From Dehalococcoidia bacterium (GTDB taxonomy: Bacteria > Chloroflexota > Dehalococcoidia > Lucifugimonadales > JADFKI01), in contig OZ242018.1 in assembly GCA_965204855.1 (NCBI GenBank), positions 304,185 to 368,184 of the forward strand: 64,000 nucleotides of DNA, given 5' to 3'. The notes below the pieces were generated by a model. The model saw only the letters and a program-made list of their open reading frames with translations, was not told the DNA's origin and made no database searches. The position numbers were made by a program, and so were the translations under genes. Position 1 is the first letter of the stretch; each line of letters opens with the position of its first letter. Shown one piece after another: positions 28,615-37,935 of the stretch.

Positions 28615-30486
28615 CTAATCCGCGACGAATCCTGCCGGAGTCCATGCAAGGGCAGACTCGCGGCCCTCCGGAGTGATGCCTTCAGGCAGATCGTCGCCCT
28701 CGGCGAAGGTGTCTTCCATTGCCTGCGCGAGCGCGGCCTTCTTGTCCCCCGAGTGAGCGTCAGCCCACTCCGCGCCCAGGGTATCTTCGGCAATAGCGAG
28801 GATTCGGGGTTTCGTCAACCGACCCCAGAAGTTATCCACGGTGGGGCGGAAATTCGCCTCAAAGTCGATTCCGAGATCGTCAACGACCATCTCGACCTCC
28901 GGAGAGACGGTGGCATCCACCGTCAGTTGCCCCCTAAGGGTCATGGCGACACAAGCAGCGAATAGCGCCTGCTTCTCCTGTTCGCTGAGCGAGCGCATTT
29001 GCTCAAATGCAACGCCATCGTCCGATTCTCTCGCCCAGTCGGTCGAAAGCGCCTCGATGTCTATTGAACTGGCCGCCTCGTGCCGGCTGCCATCACGGAA
29101 CAGCTCGACATCGAGCGCATGAGTGAAGTACCTCTCCACGGCGAACACCTCCCGGGCCATCTGGAACAGCAGAAGGTCGAACGCCTCAGTGAACGCGCCC
29201 GACAGGTGGGAGCGCACGATCCTGGTACGCTCGTCGCGCATAGCGTCCATGTGCTTCTTGCTGTAGCCTGCCTTCTCCCGCGCGACTGTCTGGGCGTCCT
29301 TGTAGCCGCCGCTATCTCGACCGCCTTCGACCTTCGGCGCATCGCCGGGCCTCACGAGACCCTCGATTACCTTAGACTTCCCTGAGTAGTCAATCGTCAC
29401 GACGCATCCTGCCATCGCCCGCTGTTCCTCAGAGTAAGTGTCGCGGGATGCCTTCAGGTCCCTCAGACATTGAAGCCGCCGGTTGACCTTGTCGTATTCT
29501 TCCCGCATCTCTTCGGAGACCCCGGCTTCCCGTATCTCCCGCAGCCGTTCCATCAGGCCGTCCGTCTCAGCCTCCTCGTCTGGCGTCAACTCTCCCTTTG
29601 TGGGGTGAACCTTGTTGAACTTGCCCTCTTCCTCCCATCCGAACTCCAGAGCGAACTCCACCCACTTCCAGGACTCTCTCAGTTCCTCGGCAATCGCCGC
29701 CAGCTTGCGGTCGGCGAGGTCATGCAGAATGTGAGGATCTTCGAGCCAGATGCCGCTGTCGTCCTCGGCGGCGAACAGGTCCCGCGTCACGCCGCCCCCG
29801 GCCTGCTCATAGTCATCCATTCCGACGAACTGCGCGAGTCGCGAGTCGCCGCGAACGCGGTCCTCAAGCAAAATCTCACGGACGTGGTAGTTGCCCACAA
29901 ACCCTCTCGTCTCACACAGGTTGTTCCAGATTTCCTCCTGCAGCTTCTGATCGGTCGTCAGAGCGAACGCCGTCAGTGTCTCCAGGCTGGTTTCACCATT
30001 CCGGTACGCCTCAAGGAGCATCGGGGAGACGTTGCCGAGGCGCAGGCGCTGCTCGACCGTCCTCTCCGACATGCCGAGTCTCACGGCGATCTCCGAAACT
30101 GTGCTGCCTTCGCTCACGAGCCGCGCGAATGCCTCCACCTGGTCAGCAGGGTGCATGTCGGCTCGCATCGTGTTCTCGACGAGGGATACCTCGACAGCCG
30201 TCGACGCATCCTCGAGCAGGATGCAGGGCACGGGAAAGTCCTCGCCGATTACGCCTTCTGCGGCAAGTTCCTTCAGCTGCGTGACGCGGCGCCTGCCGGC
30301 GTCAACGTCGTAGTGCCCCTCGATGCTCTCGTTCCTGTGGACGACGAGGTTCTGAAGGAGGCCGTGAGCGGCGAGCGAGGCCTTCAATTCAGCGTCGGAA
30401 GCGGAGTCCGCCGGAGTTCGCCTTACATTCAAGTCCGAAACCGTCAGGCAATTCAGCGGGACGGTTATCTCAGTAGTAGCGTTCAT
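28615..30486 (-). CDS. ParB/Srx-domain protein (plasmid/ICE-type ParB-like)
   Basis: N-terminal LTVSDLNVRRTP...LKASLAAHGLLQNLVV ParB-N motif, then the HTH-like LGMSERTVEQRLRLGNVSP. Long alpha-helical C-terminal extension. Confidence 0.75.
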   Translation of the reverse strand: MNATTEITVPLNCLTVSDLNVRRTPADSASDAELKASLAAHGLLQNLVVHRNESIEGHYDVDAGRRRVTQLKELAAEGVIGEDFPVPCILLEDASTAVEVSLVENTMRADMHPADQVEAFARLVSEGSTVSEIAVRLGMSERTVEQRLRLGNVSPMLLEAYRNGETSLETLTAFALTTDQKLQEEIWNNLCETRGFVGNYHVREILLEDRVRGDSRLAQFVGMDDYEQAGGGVTRDLFAAEDDSGIWLEDPHILHDLADRKLAAIAEELRESWKWVEFALEFGWEEEGKFNKVHPTKGELTPDEEAETDGLMERLREIREAGVSEEMREEYDKVNRRLQCLRDLKASRDTYSEEQRAMAGCVVTIDYSGKSKVIEGLVRPGDAPKVEGGRDSGGYKDAQTVAREKAGYSKKHMDAMRDERTRIVRSHLSGAFTEAFDLLLFQMAREVFAVERYFTHALDVELFRDGSRHEAASSIDIEALSTDWARESDDGVAFEQMRSLSEQEKQALFAACVAMTLRGQLTVDATVSPEVEMVVDDLGIDFEANFRPTVDNFWGRLTKPRILAIAEDTLGAEWADAHSGDKKAALAQAMEDTFAEGDDLPEGITPEGRESALAWTPAGFVAD

Positions 30487-30522
30487 TTCATTCTCCTCGA
30501 TTTGAATCTGTTTCAGGTAAAG

Positions 30523-30557
30523 AAAAAGCCCCGATCGGCGAATTGCCGACCGGGGCT
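30523..30557 (-). terminator. Intrinsic terminator
   Basis: AGCCCCGaTCGGC-gaatt-GCCGAcCGGGGCT hairpin followed by a T-run on the minus strand. Confidence 0.7.
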
Positions 30558-30578
30558 CTTAATTTTAAGTATGCTCTG

Positions 30579-30881
30579 TTAGCGGACTAGCTGCAGCACG
30601 ATGCCAACGACCACAGCGCCACCTATCTCGAGCATGAAATACGTCAGGCGGTCTATCTTGGCGTTGACCCTTGCGTCCAAAGAGTCGATCTTCGTGTCGA
30701 ACTTTGTGTCCAGCGCCCCAATTTTCGCGTCGAGCGCCCGGTAGTTCTCATCGCTCCGCCGTCCGTTCTCGCGCACCACTTCGATCAGCAGTTCCTGCTG
30801 AGCCTCGACGGCAGCCATGCGCTCGCCAATGGTCCTCTCTCCAACAGCCTCTATCTGCTGTCCTTCGTTTGTAGTCACCAA
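30579..30881 (-). CDS. Small coiled-coil protein with C-terminal TM anchor
   Basis: DAKIGALDTKFDTKIDSLDARVNAKIDRL repeats followed by the hydrophobic tail FMLEIGGAVVVGIVLQLV. Confidence 0.5.
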   Translation of the reverse strand: MVTTNEGQQIEAVGERTIGERMAAVEAQQELLIEVVRENGRRSDENYRALDAKIGALDTKFDTKIDSLDARVNAKIDRLTYFMLEIGGAVVVGIVLQLVR

Positions 30882-30949
30882 AGGTAACCCTCCTTCGAGT
30901 TATCCGTATATTACCATAGCTCATCAGCGCTCGATGAACCCAGTTGCCG

Positions 30950-31279
30950 CTAGTAGAAGAGCGTCACCGAAATGCCGCAATGCGCCGGCAGATCGCGCTC
31001 CTTCCAATACTCTTCGCACCACTCCAAGAACACTCTCGCCTGCTCGACGTCGTCCTGCTCGTATCCGCCGCGCTCTTCCATCGACTCGTATGCAGACCTG
31101 ATCTCCTCCAGCGTCAGCACCTCGTCGTTCTGGATGCAGGCGTAGTGAACGAGATGACTGTCCCACAGCGCCAGTCCCGGCCGGGGCGCGCTCCAGTTGA
31201 TCTTCTCCACAAATCCTATGTCCAGTCCCATGTCGGTTCTCCCGTATCTCTCCCGCGACTTTACCCTCGTCGCGGTCAT
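30950..31279 (-). CDS. Hypothetical protein (start uncertain; ATG at 31231 also possible)
   Basis: Acidic, protein-like composition. The competing 177-aa Arg/Gly-rich ORF in another frame was rejected. Confidence 0.4.
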   Translation of the reverse strand: MTATRVKSRERYGRTDMGLDIGFVEKINWSAPRPGLALWDSHLVHYACIQNDEVLTLEEIRSAYESMEERGGYEQDDVEQARVFLEWCEEYWKERDLPAHCGISVTLFY

Positions 31280-31324
31280 ATGTATCGATGATTGGGCGAC
31301 GTGACGACACGCCGCCCCAAATGT

Positions 31325-32338
31325 CTAGCCTTGCTCGCGCTCGATCTCGCGGGCCTGCTGCACCAGCAGCGCCAGCTCTTCGCTCGTCGCCTGGCTGATG
31401 GGCTTGCCGTGCTTGCGCATGTAGTTGGTGAAGATCTGTCCCCTGTTCAGCCCGCACTCCACGCCTATGGTGACGTACTCCTCCATGACCTCGTCACGCG
31501 AGAGCGCGCCCGAACCATTCCCGTTTGCCGTGGGGGTAGGCTGCTCCACGGCTTCCCGCGCGGCATACGGCCACTCGCCTGCCGCATCCTGAGCAGTTCG
31601 CGCGGACGCGGTTGCGCGGCCGTTGCGCTGAGGGCCGCTCGACGCGGGCGCTGCATAGCTCGCCGTCTCCCTGCTCAGCGGAACCTCTGCCGGCACGTAC
31701 GGCGTCTGCTCGCAGTAGCCGGTATCGGTGCTGTCCTTGCGGGAGCAGTAGTAGCCGTCCCCGCGATTGCTCTCGTGGATGTGCCTGCCCGGTCCGTGCC
31801 TGGGGCAGGTCGGCTGGTTGGGATCGGACGCTGAGCTCTCCCCGTCGCCCGCGTACAGCGCGTTTCCGAACTGGTTGCCCAGACCCCGGCTGCACCGCTT
31901 CAGGCCGTCCGAGATGCTGCCCTTGCGCGCCTTCTCGTGGTTCTCCAGAACGACGTGCATCGAGACGCCCGGCTTCATCCGGTCGACGAGGCCGAAGCCC
32001 TCGTCGCTGAACATCTCGCGATCGAAGACGTACAGCGCCACGAGTGCCGCGTAGTATTCGCCCCTGCGGATCGCTCCCGTATTGTCGTCCACATGCTCCA
32101 CCCGGTAGAGCGTGGGACCCGCCTTCACCCTGTAGTGCCAGTTGCCGTGCCCGAAGATGCGGTTGTGCTGGTTGATGACCTCGTTCGTTTCCAGGTAGGA
32201 ATACTCCTTGCCGCCCGCGCCGGTGTAGCTGTCCACCAGCTTCGGGTCCAGCTCCTCCTGCAGCTGCTGCACGATCCCCTTCGAGAACGCGCCGTCTCCC
32301 GTTCCGTCGATGTTGTGCTTTCCGTTGTTGTTCTCCAA
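31325..32338 (-). CDS. Rad52/Rad22-family single-strand annealing protein
   Basis: YLETNEVINQHNRIFGHGNWHYRV ... KARKGSISDGLKRCSRGLGNQFGNALY matches conserved Rad52-type blocks. C-terminal extension with Cys/His residues. Confidence 0.75.
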   Translation of the reverse strand: MENNNGKHNIDGTGDGAFSKGIVQQLQEELDPKLVDSYTGAGGKEYSYLETNEVINQHNRIFGHGNWHYRVKAGPTLYRVEHVDDNTGAIRRGEYYAALVALYVFDREMFSDEGFGLVDRMKPGVSMHVVLENHEKARKGSISDGLKRCSRGLGNQFGNALYAGDGESSASDPNQPTCPRHGPGRHIHESNRGDGYYCSRKDSTDTGYCEQTPYVPAEVPLSRETASYAAPASSGPQRNGRATASARTAQDAAGEWPYAAREAVEQPTPTANGNGSGALSRDEVMEEYVTIGVECGLNRGQIFTNYMRKHGKPISQATSEELALLVQQAREIEREQG

Positions 32339-32394
32339 TGTCTTTTCCTTTCCGGCTCATGGCCAGTGGGTTCCGTTGGCTTTGAGAGACGGCG

Positions 32395-32589
32395 CTATCC
32401 GCCTGTCACCAGATTCAGCAGCGGGGAGATGGGCTGTAACTCCGTTAGCATCTCGAGCATCTCGGAGAGTCCCCATCCCAGCGCCTTGGACGAGATCCAC
32501 ATGACCGCCAGAAACGTGGGCGCCGTCCGTATCAGAACGTCCGCCGTTCCCCTGAGAAGTCCGTCAATCTGCCGTTTCGCTATCTCCAT
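32395..32589 (-). CDS. Small hypothetical protein
   Basis: 64 aa, fills the gap between neighbouring minus-strand genes. One hydrophobic segment. Confidence 0.3.
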   Translation of the reverse strand: MEIAKRQIDGLLRGTADVLIRTAPTFLAVMWISSKALGWGLSEMLEMLTELQPISPLLNLVTGG

Positions 32590-32593
32590 CGCG

Positions 32594-32824
32594 CTACCCT
32601 CTCACCAGGCCCGGGTTCAGCGCGCGGAAGTTCGCCGTAACTATGCCGTTGAAGGTCGCGTCGTCCGCCCGGTGCCCGAACGCGCTGTGCAGGCTGACCG
32701 GCTCGTCCGGGGCGAAGAAGACGATGCGGTCGTCGTCGGTGATGCCGCCGTCCAGCCTGACCTGCCTCAGTTTCTGAAGAAGCCCGATGTCGATAGGCTC
32801 TTCGTGGTGGTTCGATGTTGTCAT
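32594..32824 (-). CDS. Small hypothetical protein
   Basis: 76 aa, tightly spaced with its neighbours. No motif recognised. Confidence 0.35.
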   Translation of the reverse strand: MTTSNHHEEPIDIGLLQKLRQVRLDGGITDDDRIVFFAPDEPVSLHSAFGHRADDATFNGIVTANFRALNPGLVRG

Positions 32825-32867
32825 CTACTCGTTCCTTTCCATTCAGCCGCTGATGCGGCGTCAAAAC

Positions 32868-32905
32868 AGAAAGCCCCTCTCGATTCGTATCGAGAGGGGC
32901 TTTCG
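32868..32905 (-). terminator. Intrinsic terminator (symmetrical, possibly bidirectional)
   Basis: 14-bp perfect stem AAGCCCCTCTCGAT/ATCGAGAGGGGCTT with a 4-nt loop, flanked by an A-run and a T-run. Confidence 0.8.
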
Positions 32906-32940
32906 CTTGTTCGGATTGATGCAGGAGCCTGCGGCAGGCG

Positions 32941-33459
32941 CTAGACTCCTATGTCCTTATGCTCGTACTCGAAGCCGTCGTCCTTCGCGTTGTCGTAGAA
33001 CCTCGAATCCCCGGAGCGCACCCACTGATGCACGATGGACAGCGCCTCCTGTTCGGACAGCGCCGACACGCTTATCGACGAGCTGCCGGAATAGGGCACG
33101 TACACCGTGTACTCCGACTTCTCCCGCTTGCCCGCTTCCCTTGCGCCCACGCGCACCGCCTCCATCACCGCCTCGTCCAGGTTGTCGAAATCCGTCGCCC
33201 TCCCCAGCGTCACCACCCTCGCTATGCGCGGAGGGTCCATGCGCTCACTCGCGCTGGTGTACAGGTACAGCTTCCAGTAGCCGGCCATGCGCTCGCTCTC
33301 CAATGCGCCTCGACTGATGTCGTGTATTGCCATCTTGGAGACCGGCTGCTCGGAAGCCGGCTCCGCCCCCCGATACCACATAGCGTCGTATCCGCTCCCC
33401 GGACACAGCCGCACGCTCCATTCGTCCGCCCCGGTCTCCGGAACTCTCAGGTCAGTCAT
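32941..33459 (-). CDS. Hypothetical protein
   Basis: 172-aa ORF with balanced composition. No motif recognised. Confidence 0.5.
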   Translation of the reverse strand: MTDLRVPETGADEWSVRLCPGSGYDAMWYRGAEPASEQPVSKMAIHDISRGALESERMAGYWKLYLYTSASERMDPPRIARVVTLGRATDFDNLDEAVMEAVRVGAREAGKREKSEYTVYVPYSGSSSISVSALSEQEALSIVHQWVRSGDSRFYDNAKDDGFEYEHKDIGV

Positions 33460-33525
33460 CTCACCTTGTCCTTATCCTCTTGTCGTCAAAGCGGAACCCG
33501 CCCCTTGGCGAGTCCCGCATCACTT

Positions 33526-34947
33526 CTAGAACATCGACGCCTGCACGCTGACGGTCGGAGTTTCAACCGTGTCGTCCGGCTGCGCCTCGGCCGACTTCCC
33601 GGAATCAGCGTCGAACGCGCTGACCTGCATGCGCTCGATACTTCGGGCCTTCTCGTTCGTCTGCCGGATCCACTCCCGGGCAATGTCCTCGCGGACTTCA
33701 CCCTCGACGCCCTCTGCCATGTTCCTGAAGGCGTAGATCTCGCAGGACTCGTACCTGCCGTCCTCCGGTGCAAGCGGGATGTTGCGCTTGCCCTTGACCT
33801 GCAGCGCGCCGCAAAGCGACTTGCAGTCACCGGCGAGCGGACAGACTCGCAGATCATTCTTCACTGCATCGGGGCTTTCGACCACTCCCCTGAGCATCCG
33901 CCGGGCGTGCTGCACGGTAGTTCCTTCAGCGAGCGCGACCTTCACGCCAAGGTCGATGGTGAACTCGGTGTGCCCGCGCACCTCCTCGACGAGGATTTCC
34001 TCTGCGGGCCTGCCGTAGTGACCTCCCATGGAGATATGCGGCGTCCAGCCGGCGGAGCAGCCCGGGCAGCGGTTGTACCAGTCGTAGGGAATCTTGTCCT
34101 CGTCTACCGCGAACCAGTTCGTGCAGCTCACGCAGCCGCGCACCCTCGCGCCGAAACGCTCGATAGCATTGCGCACTGCCTCCGCGCTGTCGATCGCGCC
34201 GCAGTCCACGAGGAAGTCGGTCAGTCCCGCGGACGACAGGGACTTATGCACTTCCTCTACACTTATCCGCTTACTGGTGTGCTCACGCGAGTCGCTCTCG
34301 ATGCGGTCACGCCGCCACTCCATCTCGTTCAGGAGGTGCGTGACCTCAGACAGCGTGACCTGCAGTCTCTCGTCCTCCGGCAGTTCCCCTTGTCCGGCCT
34401 GAAGCATGCCCAGCACGGCGGGCGCGGACGGAATATCGGGCAGGAGCGACGCCAGCGCCGTGCGCAGCGCCTCGGTCAGCAAGACGGTTGACTCCGTATG
34501 CGCCTTGTGATGCCCCTCGATCAGAACGTAGTAGTTCAGCTGTCCGTCGCGCTCCTTGCCGCGCCCGTCGGAGTCATGCAGCCACCACGCGCCCACGTCC
34601 TCGCCGATGCCGGGGAGCAGGGCGAAGTTCTGAAGCACATGCTGAAGCGCGTAGAAGTCGCCCGCTCCGGGGTGGCACCCCCTTGCGCCGACCCCGCTCC
34701 ACAGCTCGATGAGCTCAAGCTGCCTCCTGCTCATGCCCTTGCCCAGAAGCTCGTCGCAGCGCTGCATCACTCCAATGGGAATGACGGCCGTCTCCCGCGC
34801 TATCGTCTTCTCCGCCTCGGCCCTGACGCCCGTCGCCCACTCGACCGCGTCCCTGTACTCGGGAAGCTCGTCCACCGGCACAGGGAGCTTCCGCATTCTA
34901 GTCTTGTTCGGTTTCCGTATCGTCGTTACCATTCGATCACCTCGCAA
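33526..34947 (-). CDS. Hypothetical protein with Cys clusters
   Basis: 473 aa with CVSC...CPGC and CPLAGDCKSLC clusters. Its start abuts the stop of the upstream gene (34947/34948). Confidence 0.5.
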   Translation of the reverse strand: MRGDRMVTTIRKPNKTRMRKLPVPVDELPEYRDAVEWATGVRAEAEKTIARETAVIPIGVMQRCDELLGKGMSRRQLELIELWSGVGARGCHPGAGDFYALQHVLQNFALLPGIGEDVGAWWLHDSDGRGKERDGQLNYYVLIEGHHKAHTESTVLLTEALRTALASLLPDIPSAPAVLGMLQAGQGELPEDERLQVTLSEVTHLLNEMEWRRDRIESDSREHTSKRISVEEVHKSLSSAGLTDFLVDCGAIDSAEAVRNAIERFGARVRGCVSCTNWFAVDEDKIPYDWYNRCPGCSAGWTPHISMGGHYGRPAEEILVEEVRGHTEFTIDLGVKVALAEGTTVQHARRMLRGVVESPDAVKNDLRVCPLAGDCKSLCGALQVKGKRNIPLAPEDGRYESCEIYAFRNMAEGVEGEVREDIAREWIRQTNEKARSIERMQVSAFDADSGKSAEAQPDDTVETPTVSVQASMF

Positions 34948-35748
34948 TCAGTCGGCTGCCACTTCGTACTCGACCGGCTGCATCGTCTCGGGGAAGCCAT
35001 CCGGCAGCGGCAGCTTGCCGGACCGTCCCAGATAGCCGATGGCGTCCCGCAGCACCTCACTCGACGGCTCGCATAGCCACGCCTTGCCCCGCAGTCTCGT
35101 CAGTGGCTCGATGCCCTTCTGCGCCAGCACGCAGTAGTCCCACAGGGGCTGCGCCCACTCCGCAAGCATCGGCTCGCTCACGCGCTTGGGCAGGTAGGCG
35201 AACCAGCGCTGCGCTATCACCGTCCTGTCCTCTTGCTCGTCCGCCATCAGGATGAAGCGCCTCTGAGCAAGCTCCTTCTGCGCCTTCGCCTGGTCAGACT
35301 CGTCCTTCTCCTCTATGGCCGCCCTGGTCTGGATGTGGGCGTAGTTGTAGTCCCAGCGCAGCAGGTTGGACACCAGCACCACCTGCGCTACCCTTGTTCC
35401 CTGCACCTTCCTGGTGATGCGGCGCATCGCTCCTATCGTGTGCGTGGCGATCTTTATCCTCGTGGACTTGCTCCACAGCCCGTCCTCGCCGTTGAGCGGC
35501 GTGTTCAGGTACACCTCGTTCTTGTTGCGGTGCCCGCTGTCGAGCAATGCGGCCGCAATGCCCTCGGACATCTGGCGGCTGCCAGCCATGCTCAGGTAGT
35601 ACAGCCCGCCGTCCTTGTCGTGGGCGATGTCGTACACGACCGCGTACTTTCCCTTGTGCGTTACCCTCTCGAAATCGGTGAATTCTCTCTTCTCCAATTG
35701 ACCTCGTTCCTTTCCGTGATACACTGAAAGGGCACGGGCAATCTGCAT
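34948..35748 (-). CDS. Hypothetical protein
   Basis: 266-aa ORF in the operon. No motif recognised. Confidence 0.5.
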   Translation of the reverse strand: MQIARALSVYHGKERGQLEKREFTDFERVTHKGKYAVVYDIAHDKDGGLYYLSMAGSRQMSEGIAAALLDSGHRNKNEVYLNTPLNGEDGLWSKSTRIKIATHTIGAMRRITRKVQGTRVAQVVLVSNLLRWDYNYAHIQTRAAIEEKDESDQAKAQKELAQRRFILMADEQEDRTVIAQRWFAYLPKRVSEPMLAEWAQPLWDYCVLAQKGIEPLTRLRGKAWLCEPSSEVLRDAIGYLGRSGKLPLPDGFPETMQPVEYEVAAD

Positions 35749-35805
35749 TGCCCGCGCCCATTTGCATTGGGGCAGTCTTGTTTGGCGGCTTGTCTGCCCC
35801 GATCT

Positions 35806-36951
35806 CTACTTCTTCTTCGCGGGCGTTATGTTGAGCCTCCGACTCACGGTCGGCAGCACCACCTGCTCGCGGACCTCGGGAGCGACAAGCTCGTTGAACG
35901 CGTCCATGTCGATGCTGACTCCCGGCTTCTCCGAGACCTTCATATTCCACGTCTTACCGTCGATCACCATCTCGCCGGCGAGCTCGCCGGTCGAGACGAG
36001 GTGCGCCTTGATCGTCTCTGATGCCGCCTTCTTCTGCTTCGACGCGGGAGAGCTGGACTTCGGGGCGCCGGAGCTGGCGTCGATCCACGACCTCAGCTGC
36101 GACTCTAGCTCCTCGTCCGTCAGACCGCCCTCGCCGGGGTTCTCAGGCTTCTCGGCGTTTCCGCACAGGCTCCTGTAGGGGCAGGACTGGCAGTGGGAGT
36201 CTCCCTGTGGAAGCTCCGGCTCCGGTATATCGCCCTTCAGCACCATCCGGCCTATCTCGCTCACGCGCTTCATCGTCCTGTCGTACGCCTGCTTCGCGCG
36301 CGCCGCCGGTATCCGCTCCGCCCTGTAGTCCCCGGAGTCGCGCGCCATCGTTACCACCACGATGTCCCGTATCTCGCCGAACCTCGCCATGCTGTACAGC
36401 GCGGCCTGGTTCACGGCGTCGGGATGCGTGCGCTCGACACCCACCTCCCAGGCGTACTCGGCCATCGACACCGACCGCGTCTTGATCTCGATGACGGCAG
36501 GCGCGCCCGATGTCTTCACCGGGTGGCTCGCCACGCCGTCGGGGTGTCCGGTGAGGATGATCCTGCCGTGGGGCAACTCGACGACATCATCTTGCTCGCC
36601 CTCGATCTCCCAGCCGTCCTCGCGCATCAGCTGCTTGACCAGCGGCTCCAGGTACTTGCCCATCTCCATCAGCGCACGGTTCCGCGTGGGGATCTCGTCG
36701 CTCGGCTCGACCTCCTTTGCCTCGTATGCCAGTCGGCGCATGCACTCGTCAACGCCGGACATGCGCACCTCCATGCTCACGACCGCCCTCACGTTCGGCC
36801 TGTCGAGCGGCAGGTCCCTGCTCTCGCCTGGCTGCGCAGGCGGTCTCACCGGCTCCGGCGCGGCGGCCGTCACCTGAGCAGTGGCAACCGGCTCAGGCCC
36901 GTACAGCGCATCCACGATTTCTCTCGTCTTCGCGTCACTCGTTCCTATCAT
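35806..36951 (-). CDS. Cas4/RecB-like PD-(D/E)xK exonuclease with Cys cluster
   Basis: GHPDGV...AVIEIKTRS (D...ExK), one N-terminal Cys (DECMRRL) and a C-terminal CQSCPYRSLC (C-x2-C-x5-C), as in Cas4/AddB iron-sulfur nucleases. Confidence 0.7.
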   Translation of the reverse strand: MIGTSDAKTREIVDALYGPEPVATAQVTAAAPEPVRPPAQPGESRDLPLDRPNVRAVVSMEVRMSGVDECMRRLAYEAKEVEPSDEIPTRNRALMEMGKYLEPLVKQLMREDGWEIEGEQDDVVELPHGRIILTGHPDGVASHPVKTSGAPAVIEIKTRSVSMAEYAWEVGVERTHPDAVNQAALYSMARFGEIRDIVVVTMARDSGDYRAERIPAARAKQAYDRTMKRVSEIGRMVLKGDIPEPELPQGDSHCQSCPYRSLCGNAEKPENPGEGGLTDEELESQLRSWIDASSGAPKSSSPASKQKKAASETIKAHLVSTGELAGEMVIDGKTWNMKVSEKPGVSIDMDAFNELVAPEVREQVVLPTVSRRLNITPAKKK

Positions 36952-36984
36952 TGCTTTCCCTCTCCGCCCTTTCGGGCTGGCTTC

Positions 36985-37236
36985 TTATCCTCGGTTCTCC
37001 CCGATGCACGCGTGGCAGTAGGAGTTCGGGTCGAAGCTCTCGCTTTGTTCGTAGGCGATGAACTCCCACTCGAACTGCCAGTTGACTTCCGCAACAGGCA
37101 GTCCGCAGACCGTCACGGACGCCAACGTGTCACGCCTTACGTGCAGTGTGTTCTCGTCCGGGGCGCAGCATGCGCTCGCCGCAGCCTCGGTTTCGTAGTG
37201 CTGTCCGCAGCACCCGCAGGTGTATCTTCCGCTCAT
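36985..37236 (-). CDS. Small zinc-ribbon-like protein
   Basis: ATG at 37236 with AGGAG upstream. MSGRYTCGCCGQHY...ACCAPD...CHAC. The Arg-rich N-terminal extension in the track was rejected. Confidence 0.45.
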   Translation of the reverse strand: MSGRYTCGCCGQHYETEAAASACCAPDENTLHVRRDTLASVTVCGLPVAEVNWQFEWEFIAYEQSESFDPNSYCHACIGENRG

Positions 37237-37265
37237 ATCGCTCCTTCCCCGTATATGCGCCAAAG

Positions 37266-37297
37266 AAAAAGCCCCGATGCGCAGTCGCACCGGGGCT
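37266..37297 (-). terminator. Intrinsic terminator
   Basis: AGCCCCGaTGCG...CGCAcCGGGGCT hairpin followed by a T-run on the minus strand. Confidence 0.7.
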
Positions 37298-37318
37298 TCA
37301 CTTTGCGGTTCGCTTTCT

Positions 37319-37843
37319 CTACGCCTTGCCGGCGTACTCGATGTTGTGCTCGTCGAACGGCAGTCCCGCCGCAAGCACCTCGCCGAGGCGCGAGTTGGGG
37401 CAGTCGTCGAATGCTGCCCCGCAGACGCCACACATGACCTCGTATCCGGTCCTGATGGTCTCGCTCGCGGGAGCGGGCTTGATGTAGTCCTTCTCGCAGG
37501 CGCAGTCTATGTAGTCCAGCGCCAGCCATACCTCGGTCGGCCTCTCGCGTCTGCGGGGCGCCACCACGTCGGAGATGTCTATCAGCATGTGGCCGGCGAA
37601 CTCGGGCATCGCGTCTATCCACTCCTTCGCCGCCATCACCTCCTCGAAGGTGGCCTCTAAGTCGTTGAAGTAGTCGCGCAGCCACTCGTGAGCGTCGTGC
37701 CTGCTCACGAAGAACACCGTGCCCTGTGCCTTCTCCTGCTCCGGGTAGTGCAGTTCAAGCAGGAACTCCCCGAAGCCTACCGGGATGTCCGGAAGCTCTT
37801 TGTGGATGATCCTGCGGGCTATGCCGTATTTCATGTCTGTCAT
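37319..37843 (-). CDS. Hypothetical protein
   Basis: 174-aa ORF with protein-like composition and a CACEKD...CGVCG motif. Confidence 0.5.
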   Translation of the reverse strand: MTDMKYGIARRIIHKELPDIPVGFGEFLLELHYPEQEKAQGTVFFVSRHDAHEWLRDYFNDLEATFEEVMAAKEWIDAMPEFAGHMLIDISDVVAPRRRERPTEVWLALDYIDCACEKDYIKPAPASETIRTGYEVMCGVCGAAFDDCPNSRLGEVLAAGLPFDEHNIEYAGKA

Positions 37844-37935
37844 TTCAGTTGTGCCTCTCCGTTGCTGCTTCCCAGCGGCAGCGACCCATCGATGGGCCGC
37901 GCCGATCTCAGGTTCCGTGACCCGGCGCCTGCTGC

